A stretch of DNA of 64,000 nt from an uncultured bacterium. GTDB lineage: Bacteria > Arandabacterota > Arandabacteria > Arandabacterales > Arandabacteraceae. Every line of letters begins with the position of its first letter. Within the stretch, counting starts at the first letter, position 1. The DNA is taken from positions 36,699 through 100,698 of the forward strand of contig CAYHHI010000004.1 of the NCBI GenBank assembly GCA_964356335.1. Reading direction: 5' to 3'. Made by a program: the position numbers and the translations under genes. Below are positions 26,957 through 34,372 of this stretch, in pieces. The notes under the pieces were generated by a model. That model did not search any database. It worked only from the letters and a program-made list of their open reading frames with translations, and had not been told where the DNA came from.

Positions 26957-29461
26957 CTATCTCAGCACTATCACCTTGGCCGAAGTCTTCCCCGCGATTG
27001 TGTCTATCCTGGCGAAGTAGATGCCGGGGGCTACCTTGGCGCCCTTGCTGTCGTCAGCCAGCCAGGCTATCTCATGCCTTCCGGCAGGAAGTGAGCCCTC
27101 GTACAGGGTTCTCACTACCTTGCCTTCAATGTCATAGATGCAGGCCTTGACCATGCTCTTTGAGCCAAGAGCGAAGGAGACCTTCGTCGCAGCGCCGAAG
27201 GGATTGGGATACGCGGAAACCGCAACCGGTACCACAGGCTTCCCAACCACCGAGGCCACGGTGTCAAGCTCTGCCAACTCGGCGAGTGTCGCAATACCCA
27301 TCCGCACGACGTTGGTGCAGAAGGGCATCGTCAGATTGCCCAGGGTGTCATTTACGGTGTGGTAGTAAGGATACGGCACATTCCTGTCTTCTATGGCAAG
27401 GATGGCGTCGTAGCCCGCTCCCCAGAACATGTAATGATCACTGCCACTTACGGTCGGGTCAATCAGCCTCTTGGTGAGAAGCCCAGGCACATAAGCGTTG
27501 GCGCAGTCTATCGTGAAATCGACCAACCACGTTGAGGCCTCATTCCCGATGACATCAATGTCCTCGGGAGCGACGTCGACGTAGCCAATCATGTCGAAGT
27601 TCAAGACACCGTTGATGACGTCACCCCGACCCTTGGCCTCGGCAGCATACTCGCCGCTGCCATAAAGCCCTTGCTCTTCACCTGACCAGCCGATGAACTT
27701 TATGGTCCGCTTGAAGGGCGTCAAAGCCATCACCCTCGCGGCTTCAATCGCGGCGGCAGTGCCGCTCGCATTGTCATCCGCGCCGGGGGCACGGTTGTTA
27801 AAATCAGGAGAGGTATCATCAGCATGGCCGCAGATTATGACCTGTTCGGTCGAGACCGTACCGGGCTTGGTCGCAACGATGTTCTTGAGGAACTTGAGAT
27901 TCAGAGCAGGCAGGTTGCCCCGCTGGTTCTCCCAGGTTGCGCCGCCGTCGGTGGTGTGCAGAATCGTGCCACCATAGCCGACCGCCCAGCCATCATCGTT
28001 ATTTACGAATCTCACCCGCCTCATGCCGAAAAGCGTTGAGGCGCTTTGAATCTCCCAGGTCGCGCCGCTGTCTGTGGTGTGAAGGATGGTTCCGCTCAAG
28101 CCGGCGACCCATCCCTCGAGACTGTCCACGAAGCAGACACCCTTCAGGTAAGGATCGGCGGCAGCCGGGATGGTCTGAGGAATCCAGTTCTGGCCCCCAT
28201 CAACCGTCTTCAGAACGACCCAGCCACCTCCAACGGCCCAGCCCACATTGTCGTTTATGAAATCAACATCAAGCAGGTTCTCGATGGTTCCGCTTGTCTG
28301 AGGCGACCACGAAGTGCCATCCCAGAAACGAAGCACCCCGTTCGCGCCGCAGGCCCACCCACGGTTATTGGATCTGAAATAGCAGCCATAGAGATCCTCG
28401 CCGGTTCCACTTGCGACGGTGGTCCAGTTCGTGCCGCCGTTTGTGGTCCTTTGGACTGCCCCTCCATACCCGACCGCCCAGCCGTTCTGGGAATCCAGGA
28501 AGAAGATCTCACGGAGCCAGGAAGTCGTCCCTGAGGTCTGCCCAACCCATGTAGTCCCGCCATTTGTGGTTTTGAAAATCGCACCGCCCTGCCCTGCCAC
28601 CCAGCCAGTGAGGGTATCAACGAAGCTTACCCCAAAGAAGGTCGCGCCGGCTGCACTGACCGCCTGCCTGGTCCAGGTTGCGCCCCCATCCCACGTCCTG
28701 AAGATCTTCTGCGTACTGCCGACCGCCCAGCCGTTGTCGGCATCGCAGAAATGAGTGGAATAGAAATCGAAGGAGCAAACCACGTAGTCGTGATAAGCCA
28801 CATCCAAACCGTAACTCTGAAATCTCTCATAGATATAGTTCGCGGCGTGTTCGAAACGCCAGTTATATGAATATCGCGTAAGAAGCGTATCCAGCTGCCC
28901 GTTTATGACCACAGGCTCGCGCCCGCTCATCTGCGAAATGTACTTGCTCACAGTATCACTCGAGATGCCGGCAACGATGCTCTGAATCCTGGGATTGGGA
29001 ACAACTGCCTGGGGCCCCATCTCTGGCATGGCTTTGGCCGGTTCCGGAAAGGCCCTGGGAGCGAGTCTCACCTTCGAGAAGGGAAGAAACTTGAGATCGT
29101 CAACTTCACTCCGTGCCATCTTGGTGATGTAGAGGCCCTCACCAACTTGATAGAGTACCCCGGAGTATAGCAACTCATCCCGGAAGCTCCTCGCCCTCAG
29201 AAGGAAGATCTCATCGCCTGGAAGGACAGGCGTGATTACAGAGAACTTGGCTCCCCCCTGCTCCAGTCTCGCTGCAGCCTGCTTGTCACCCTCGACCAGA
29301 TAGGAGCTGCCAAGGTCGGTAAGAAAATGGAAGCCAGCCGTGCGCATGGCCGCAACGGCAACCGGTTTCTCGACCTTTAAGACAAGTGATTCCTCATCTG
29401 CAAAGGCGAGTGCCGAAGCAAAGAACACAGCCATAAGACAAAAAAGCGCAAACTTGCGCAT
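26957..29461 (-). CDS. secreted M28-family zinc aminopeptidase with a BNR/Ycf48-like beta-propeller inserted into the peptidase domain and a C-terminal T9SS-type sorting domain
   Basis: It has a signal peptide. The M28 ligand motifs are GHADDT, DDNASG, SGEEQG, NFDMIG and SDHYMF. Seven DGG(A/T)TW-type propeller blades lie between the first M28 segment and NIVATKPG. The C-terminus is APGIYFARIDTIAGKTSAKVIVLR. Confidence 0.75.
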   Translation of the reverse strand: MRKFALFCLMAVFFASALAFADEESLVLKVEKPVAVAAMRTAGFHFLTDLGSSYLVEGDKQAAARLEQGGAKFSVITPVLPGDEIFLLRARSFRDELLYSGVLYQVGEGLYITKMARSEVDDLKFLPFSKVRLAPRAFPEPAKAMPEMGPQAVVPNPRIQSIVAGISSDTVSKYISQMSGREPVVINGQLDTLLTRYSYNWRFEHAANYIYERFQSYGLDVAYHDYVVCSFDFYSTHFCDADNGWAVGSTQKIFRTWDGGATWTRQAVSAAGATFFGVSFVDTLTGWVAGQGGAIFKTTNGGTTWVGQTSGTTSWLREIFFLDSQNGWAVGYGGAVQRTTNGGTNWTTVASGTGEDLYGCYFRSNNRGWACGANGVLRFWDGTSWSPQTSGTIENLLDVDFINDNVGWAVGGGWVVLKTVDGGQNWIPQTIPAAADPYLKGVCFVDSLEGWVAGLSGTILHTTDSGATWEIQSASTLFGMRRVRFVNNDDGWAVGYGGTILHTTDGGATWENQRGNLPALNLKFLKNIVATKPGTVSTEQVIICGHADDTSPDFNNRAPGADDNASGTAAAIEAARVMALTPFKRTIKFIGWSGEEQGLYGSGEYAAEAKGRGDVINGVLNFDMIGYVDVAPEDIDVIGNEASTWLVDFTIDCANAYVPGLLTKRLIDPTVSGSDHYMFWGAGYDAILAIEDRNVPYPYYHTVNDTLGNLTMPFCTNVVRMGIATLAELAELDTVASVVGKPVVPVAVSAYPNPFGAATKVSFALGSKSMVKACIYDIEGKVVRTLYEGSLPAGRHEIAWLADDSKGAKVAPGIYFARIDTIAGKTSAKVIVLR

Positions 29462-29500
29462 GCCTGCCCCCTTCTTCTTGCCCTGCTTTCCTTATCTTTT

Positions 29501-29529
29501 ATTATATATGATATAATGCACCCAGTCAA
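29501..29529 (-). promoter_or_regulatory. sigma-70-type promoter (TTGACT-N17-TATAAT) for the M28 gene in an AT-rich island
   Basis: On the minus strand, TTGACT lies at 29529-29524 and TATAAT at 29506-29501, with a 17-nt spacer. It sits about 40 nt upstream of the ATG at 29461. This is an isolated AT-rich patch in a GC-rich region. Confidence 0.5.
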
Positions 29530-29711
29530 GGTACCAATATCAGCCAAATTCAATTCTGCACACTTATGGTTGCACTCTCAACGCGCCTAAACGCTGAGCC
29601 CGCGGCAGAGATCAACCTTGACAACGCTGGACTTACCCCCATCTTTGATGCAGATCCAGTGAGAGTTTACGCCGCAGTAGACTTGCGGGTTACGATCCAA
29701 TGTGGGGAGAA

Positions 29712-29939
29712 TCAGGCCCTACGCTTGCGATGCCCGCCGCCAGCCATCGCCTTAGCGATTCTTGTCCGGAGCTTTATCACGGCAGACTTAGTCAACTTGT
29801 CGTCTCGCCACTTGCGATAGATCTTGATGATCCTTCCGTGGGTATCAACGTACATGCGGCATTTCTCGCAATCCACCATGTGGCGCGTAATCTGCTCACA
29901 TATGGACTCACGTGCTTCACCCTCGAGGAAGTCCGTCAT
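29712..29939 (-). CDS. zinc-dependent anti-sigma factor (ZAS family)
   Basis: It has Cx5Hx3Cx2C (SICEQITRHMVDCEKC) and lies immediately downstream of the ECF sigma gene. The start could instead be the TTG at 29990, which overlaps the sigma stop by 8 nt. Confidence 0.55.
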   Translation of the reverse strand: MTDFLEGEARESICEQITRHMVDCEKCRMYVDTHGRIIKIYRKWRDDKLTKSAVIKLRTRIAKAMAGGGHRKRRA

Positions 29940-29982
29940 ATGAGGCAGTAGACCTTTACAGCGACCCTTGCATCGGCGCATG

Positions 29983-30591
29983 CTACACAAATCTCCCCAT
30001 CTGATTTTGATTCCTGATGTGCCTCAAAAGTTGCGCTCTTAATAAAACTCTTGTGCGATGGAGGCGGGATTTTACGGCCGGGACAGAGACCCTGAGTATC
30101 CGTGCTGTCTCGCCAGTTGAGAGGCCTTCGACGTGTCTCAGGACAAAAACTGCCCGGTAGGCCGGGGGAAGGTCTGCTATCGCATGGTCAAGGGTCTCGC
30201 GCGATTCTTTCTCCATGAGCCTGGTGAGGGGATCTGGACTGCCGTTTCGAAAATCTCGCTGGACCTCGCCCTCCTCGGTGCTCACGGGTATGTCAAGAGA
30301 TACTGATTCAACCCTCTTCTTTCTAAGCTTCATGAGAGCCAAGTTGACAGTGATGCGGTAAAGCCAGGTGGAGAATTTTGACTTCTCCTCGAACTGAGGA
30401 AGCGATCTATAGGCCTTAACGAAGGCTTCCTGGAGGACGTCTTCGGCGTCCTCGTCGGTCGCGGTCATCCGACGCGCGAGTCTGTAGATTTTGTTCTGAT
30501 AGCGCAGCACCAGCTCGCCAAATGCTCTCCGGTCGCCCTTCTTGGCAAGCCTGACGAGGTTTTGATCTTTTATGTCCGCCGCGACAGCCAT
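29983..30591 (-). CDS. ECF-type RNA polymerase sigma-70 family factor
   Basis: Its region 2 is FGELVLRYQNKIYRLARRMTATDEDAEDVLQEAFVKAYRSL. Its region 4 HTH is GLSTGETARILRVSVPAVKSRLHRTR. Confidence 0.85.
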   Translation of the reverse strand: MAVAADIKDQNLVRLAKKGDRRAFGELVLRYQNKIYRLARRMTATDEDAEDVLQEAFVKAYRSLPQFEEKSKFSTWLYRITVNLALMKLRKKRVESVSLDIPVSTEEGEVQRDFRNGSPDPLTRLMEKESRETLDHAIADLPPAYRAVFVLRHVEGLSTGETARILRVSVPAVKSRLHRTRVLLRAQLLRHIRNQNQMGRFV

Positions 30592-31218
30592 CTAAGCCTT
30601 CACTGTGCACACTGCAAGGTCCTGTGCGATTTGCAAAGCCTCTAAGCCCTGTACTGCTCTTCCCACCATCTCTTTAGCATGCTATCCGGGTTGTGTCAAT
30701 TGGAAATAGCATCGGTCAGGCCATCTTGACGTGTGGCACACTAAATGCTCGTACTCCAAGGCATGAACGAGAAACCTCAAACAAGGCGATCGGCGGAGCT
30801 GATGGAGATCAGAACGAAAAGGACCTTCCTGGTGATCCTCTTAATATGCTTCGTACTTCTGCTGTCAATCGCCAGAGGTCACCTAGTCGGCTCATTAATC
30901 CACGAAATCTCTTCCAACGCCATCAAGGCCAGTGCCAGCCAGCCGCGATCCAGCCCTGATCCAAGTAGAGCGACCTCCCGTGTGAGTGAGGCAGCAATCG
31001 TGCCTGACCCTTCTGGAATCGCGGGCAGCTACTGAGGCGGCGGACCCCAAGATAGGCGGGCGTTGAGACTGCCCATCGACCATGAATTCCAAGGTCGGGT
31101 GTAGTGCCTTGCTGTCCCCACGCATGCCGGTGCTTCAGCATGGTCAAGTTTTCTGCTTGACTGGCCCGCGCGGCTCAAATCTAATGGAGCTCGCACATCA
31201 CCGAGGAGGTAAGATCAC

Positions 31219-32154
31219 TTGGCTCGAGTCGCACTCATCTATAGTGACGTATTCCTTAAGCATGAAACCGGCGGCCATGTCGAGAACAAAGACAGGGCGA
31301 GTTCCACATACCGTTATCTCAAATCAAAACCTCTTTTCAAGAATCTCATTGAGATGGGCCCCCGCCCGGCAAAGGAAAAGGAGATATGCCTGGCGCATTC
31401 AAAGGCCTACTACGATCACATTCTCTCATTACCCAGGGACCACGCTTGCTACCTGGACCCTGATACTATCTTCGGTCCCGGCTCCCTCGAAGCGGCCCTC
31501 TCGGCAGCCGGCGCGGTCATGCTCGCCGTGGAGAAGATAAGAGACAAAGCCATCGACTCCGCGTTCTGTCTCGTGCGGCCTCCGGGACATCATGCGCGAC
31601 CCGAGCGTGCAATGGGCTTCTGCATCTTCAACAACATCGCAATCGGAGCCGCCTTCGCCACCCGCATGTGCAATTTTGAAAGAGCTGCAATCATCGACTT
31701 TGATGTTCACCACGGCAACGGGACTCAGGAGATATTCTACGATGACGGCAACGTACTCTACTGCTCACTCCACCGATGGCCTTTCTATCCCGGCACAGGA
31801 GTATTCAACGAAACAGGAGAGGGTGAGGGTAAGGGCAAGACTGTTAATGTCCCGCTGCCGGCGTATAGCGGCGAGAAGGAATACATGAAAGGCCTGCGGG
31901 ATAAGGTCTTGCCTGCCCTGCGAGATCATCGCCCATCCATCATTTTCATCTCAGCGGGCTTCGATGCGCATGAGGCCGACCCGCTCGGCGGCATGAGGCT
32001 CACGACAGACTCATACCGCAACATGACGGAAGCCATAGCCGAGGCTGCCTCTGAGGCGTGCAATGGCAGAATAGTCTCCGCCCTTGAAGGTGGGTATAAT
32101 CTACATGCTCTGGCAGCCTCAGTGTATGCACACGTTGAGGCGCTTTGGGACTAG
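31219..32154 (+). CDS. histone deacetylase-family amidohydrolase (AcuC/acetylpolyamine amidohydrolase-like)
   Basis: It has the HDAC motifs HETGGHVEN, RPPGHHA and DFDVHHGNGTQ. It uses a TTG start with GAGGAGGT 7 nt upstream. Confidence 0.8.
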   Translation: MARVALIYSDVFLKHETGGHVENKDRASSTYRYLKSKPLFKNLIEMGPRPAKEKEICLAHSKAYYDHILSLPRDHACYLDPDTIFGPGSLEAALSAAGAVMLAVEKIRDKAIDSAFCLVRPPGHHARPERAMGFCIFNNIAIGAAFATRMCNFERAAIIDFDVHHGNGTQEIFYDDGNVLYCSLHRWPFYPGTGVFNETGEGEGKGKTVNVPLPAYSGEKEYMKGLRDKVLPALRDHRPSIIFISAGFDAHEADPLGGMRLTTDSYRNMTEAIAEAASEACNGRIVSALEGGYNLHALAASVYAHVEALWD

Positions 32155-32174
32155 GAGAGCCCGCTTCCGCTAGG

Positions 32175-32369
32175 CTAACCCGGCAGCAGACGCGTCATCC
32201 GCTTCGCGTCGGCCTTATCTACCAAGCCTGGCCTTCGCAGTCGCCGCTTCCGCTTGCGCGTCTTCGAGGTAAGCAGATGCCCCTTGAGGGACTTCCTTCT
32301 TGCCAGCTTGCCGCTCGCCGTTTTCTTGAATCTCTTCGCGGCCGATCTGCTCGTTTTAGCCTTAGGCAT
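32175..32369 (-). CDS. rpmI: 50S ribosomal protein L35
   Basis: It is 64 aa and reads MPKAKTSRSAAKRFKKTASGK...KRKRRLR, matching the L35 consensus MPKxKTxxxAAKRFKKT...KRKRxLR. Confidence 0.85.
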   Translation of the reverse strand: MPKAKTSRSAAKRFKKTASGKLARRKSLKGHLLTSKTRKRKRRLRRPGLVDKADAKRMTRLLPG

Positions 32370-32380
32370 TTACCAATCTC

Positions 32381-32611
32381 CTATTTTGCGATTCCGTAGC
32401 AGCACATGGATGCTTCTTTTTCTTTCTTGTAACGCATTCCACAGACAGGGCAACGATGCTTGCCGCTCAACCTGCCGTCCTGCTCGGCTTTCTTTAGAAG
32501 CATCTCGAAGGTCGCACTGGGTTGGTCTCTTATAAGGACTTCTTCATCCTTGTAACCCAACAGAGCTACCTCCCTTCCAGTTTCTACTACCAAAACCCCT
32601 CGGGCCTGCAC
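32381..32611 (-). CDS. small hypothetical protein with Cys cluster (possible zinc ribbon)
   Basis: It is 76 aa with the motif HRCPVCGx11CC. It lies upstream of rpmI on the same strand. It has no recognisable family. Confidence 0.25.
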   Translation of the reverse strand: MQARGVLVVETGREVALLGYKDEEVLIRDQPSATFEMLLKKAEQDGRLSGKHRCPVCGMRYKKEKEASMCCYGIAK

Positions 32612-32832
32612 AAGGCCTCGACCAAGAGAGTCAAAAGGGCAACGGCTTTATGGCCTTGTCAATGTTCTCATTTTGCCCTGACGATGATCGCAGGCATCAG
32701 GTATCAGATACCTTCCATTATGTGCAATTTTTGCATCAATTTAGCATAACTCGCGGATTTGTCAAGAGAAATCGTCATTGGGGTTGACGTTCTGGGACAG
32801 GGTGTGTTAATTTGTCATGGGAGAAATCGGCC

Positions 32833-34362
32833 ATGACCGGACCAGAAGCCCAGGTAAAACCCTATACTGCCATCCTGGTCTGTCACAGCGCAGACAGATT
32901 GGCAGCCATATCTTCAGTCCTCACCAGGAACAACATTGAACAGCACACAGTGTCCGATGGAGCCGCTGCGCTCAGGACTGCGAAAAAGGCAAGGCCCGAT
33001 TTTGTGTTCGCCTATCACGAGCTCCCTGATTCGAGCGGCCTTAAGGTCATCCAGAGTGTAAAGAAGCGGTACCCGCTGGCTTTGGGTGTCGTCTTCGGTC
33101 CTCGGATCTCTCTGGAGGAGAAACGGCGAGTGACCGACGAAGGAGCCGATGCATATATCGAGACGGATGGAGCAGATGCTGAGGAGGCGAGTTCCAGCGT
33201 TGCGAGGCTGGTCGCAAGAAAACAGATCGGCATAACCGGGAAGAATGAAAGAATACTTCAGCTAATCGAAACCATCGAGACCATCGCACCTACGAAAGTG
33301 ACCGTGCTCATTACGGGCGAGAGTGGCACAGGCAAGGAACTGATTGCGAAAGCCATCCACGCAAGAAGTAACCGCGGCGACAGGCCATTCGTCGCCGTGA
33401 ATTGCGCAGCCCTGCCCCAGGGAGTCCTGGAGAGTGAGCTCTTCGGCCACGAGAAAGGTTCGTTCACCGGAGCGATCGCTCAGCGAAAGGGCAGATTCGA
33501 GGTTGCAGACGGCGGAACACTTCTCCTCGACGAGGTCGGTGAGATGCCGCCGGGCACGCAGGTGAAGCTCTTGCGAGTGCTCGAAGAGGAGCGTTTCATG
33601 CGGGTCGGCGGCTCACAGGATGTCAGGGTTGACGTGAGGGTGCTTGCGGCAACCAATAGAGATCTGCGGCAGCTTGTCGAGGAAGGGATTTTCCGGATCG
33701 ATCTTTTCTATCGGCTTAACGTTGTGCCGATTCACATGCCCCCGCTCAGAGAAAGGAAAGAGGATATCCCGGCGATTTTCCTCGGCATTGTTGAAGAAGC
33801 CTGCAGGAAAAATGGAGTTGAGTTTGGAGGCATCGACGATGACGCTCTTTGGGCTCTCAGAGAGTTCTCCTGGCCGGGCAACGTCCGGGAGCTCCGGAAC
33901 CTGGCCGAGAGTCTGGTCGTGCTTTCGGGCGGTAAGAGGATAGGGATCGGAGACTTGCCCGAATACATAATCCGGGGCGACAACGCGAGAGACCTGCCGG
34001 TTGTAATGAACCTCCCAAGGGGCGATAGCGACAGGAATCTTCTCATGTGGAGGCTCGGTGAGATCGAGAAACAGGTTTATGATCTCACAAAGATTGTCGT
34101 GGGAATGCGGGATGCCCTCGCCCGGAACAATGGCCTTTCCAAGCAGCCCGTGTATGTACCTGCCGGCGTGGCGTGCGGTGAGGCCGGCGATGCGAGTAAA
34201 GATACTCTTCCCAAGCCCGGCACCAGCATTAAGGATGTGGAGCGCGACCTGATCAAGAAGACCCTCAGAGCAATCAACGGCAACAGGCGAAAGACCGCCA
34301 ATCTCTTGGGTATGAGTGAAAGAACCCTCTACCGCAGAATGAAGGAGTATGACCTGAACTAG
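32833..34362 (+). CDS. sigma-54-dependent Fis-family transcriptional activator with an atypical N-terminal receiver-like domain
   Basis: Its AAA+ sigma-54 interaction domain has [21 protein letters not shown] and [15 protein letters not shown]. Its C-terminal Fis HTH is [21 protein letters not shown]. The ATG at 32833 has GGGAGA 8 nt upstream. Confidence 0.85.
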   Translation: MTGPEAQVKPYTAILVCHSADRLAAISSVLTRNNIEQHTVSDGAAALRTAKKARPDFVFAYHELPDSSGLKVIQSVKKRYPLALGVVFGPRISLEEKRRVTDEGADAYIETDGADAEEASSSVARLVARKQIGITGKNERILQLIETIETIAPTKVTVLITGESGTGKELIAKAIHARSNRGDRPFVAVNCAALPQGVLESELFGHEKGSFTGAIAQRKGRFEVADGGTLLLDEVGEMPPGTQVKLLRVLEEERFMRVGGSQDVRVDVRVLAATNRDLRQLVEEGIFRIDLFYRLNVVPIHMPPLRERKEDIPAIFLGIVEEACRKNGVEFGGIDDDALWALREFSWPGNVRELRNLAESLVVLSGGKRIGIGDLPEYIIRGDNARDLPVVMNLPRGDSDRNLLMWRLGEIEKQVYDLTKIVVGMRDALARNNGLSKQPVYVPAGVACGEAGDASKDTLPKPGTSIKDVERDLIKKTLRAINGNRRKTANLLGMSERTLYRRMKEYDLN

Positions 34363-34372
34363 CAGCCAGCCT

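Noticed and set aside
30745-31035. 96-aa plus-strand ORF with one hydrophobic stretch in the 627-nt intergenic gap
   Set aside because: It has no SD and no conservation cue, and its composition drifts to Ser/Pro-rich. It is retained only as a possibility inside the intergenic finding.
29462-31218. Searched the larger intergenic regions for tRNA T-arm-like GGTTCGAATCC/GTTCAAAT signatures, CRISPR-like regular repeats and transposase/integrase genes
   Set aside because: None were seen in these regions or in the other long intergenic regions checked (37139-37244, 47421-47622, 51049-51340, 53288-53457). No mobile-element or CRISPR features are reported.
32640-32811. Looked for a sigma-54 promoter (TGGCAC-N5-TTGC) near the sigma-54 activator and elsewhere
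   Set aside because: I found only a weak TGTGCA-N5-TTGCA resemblance at ~32715. It is not convincing enough to call.
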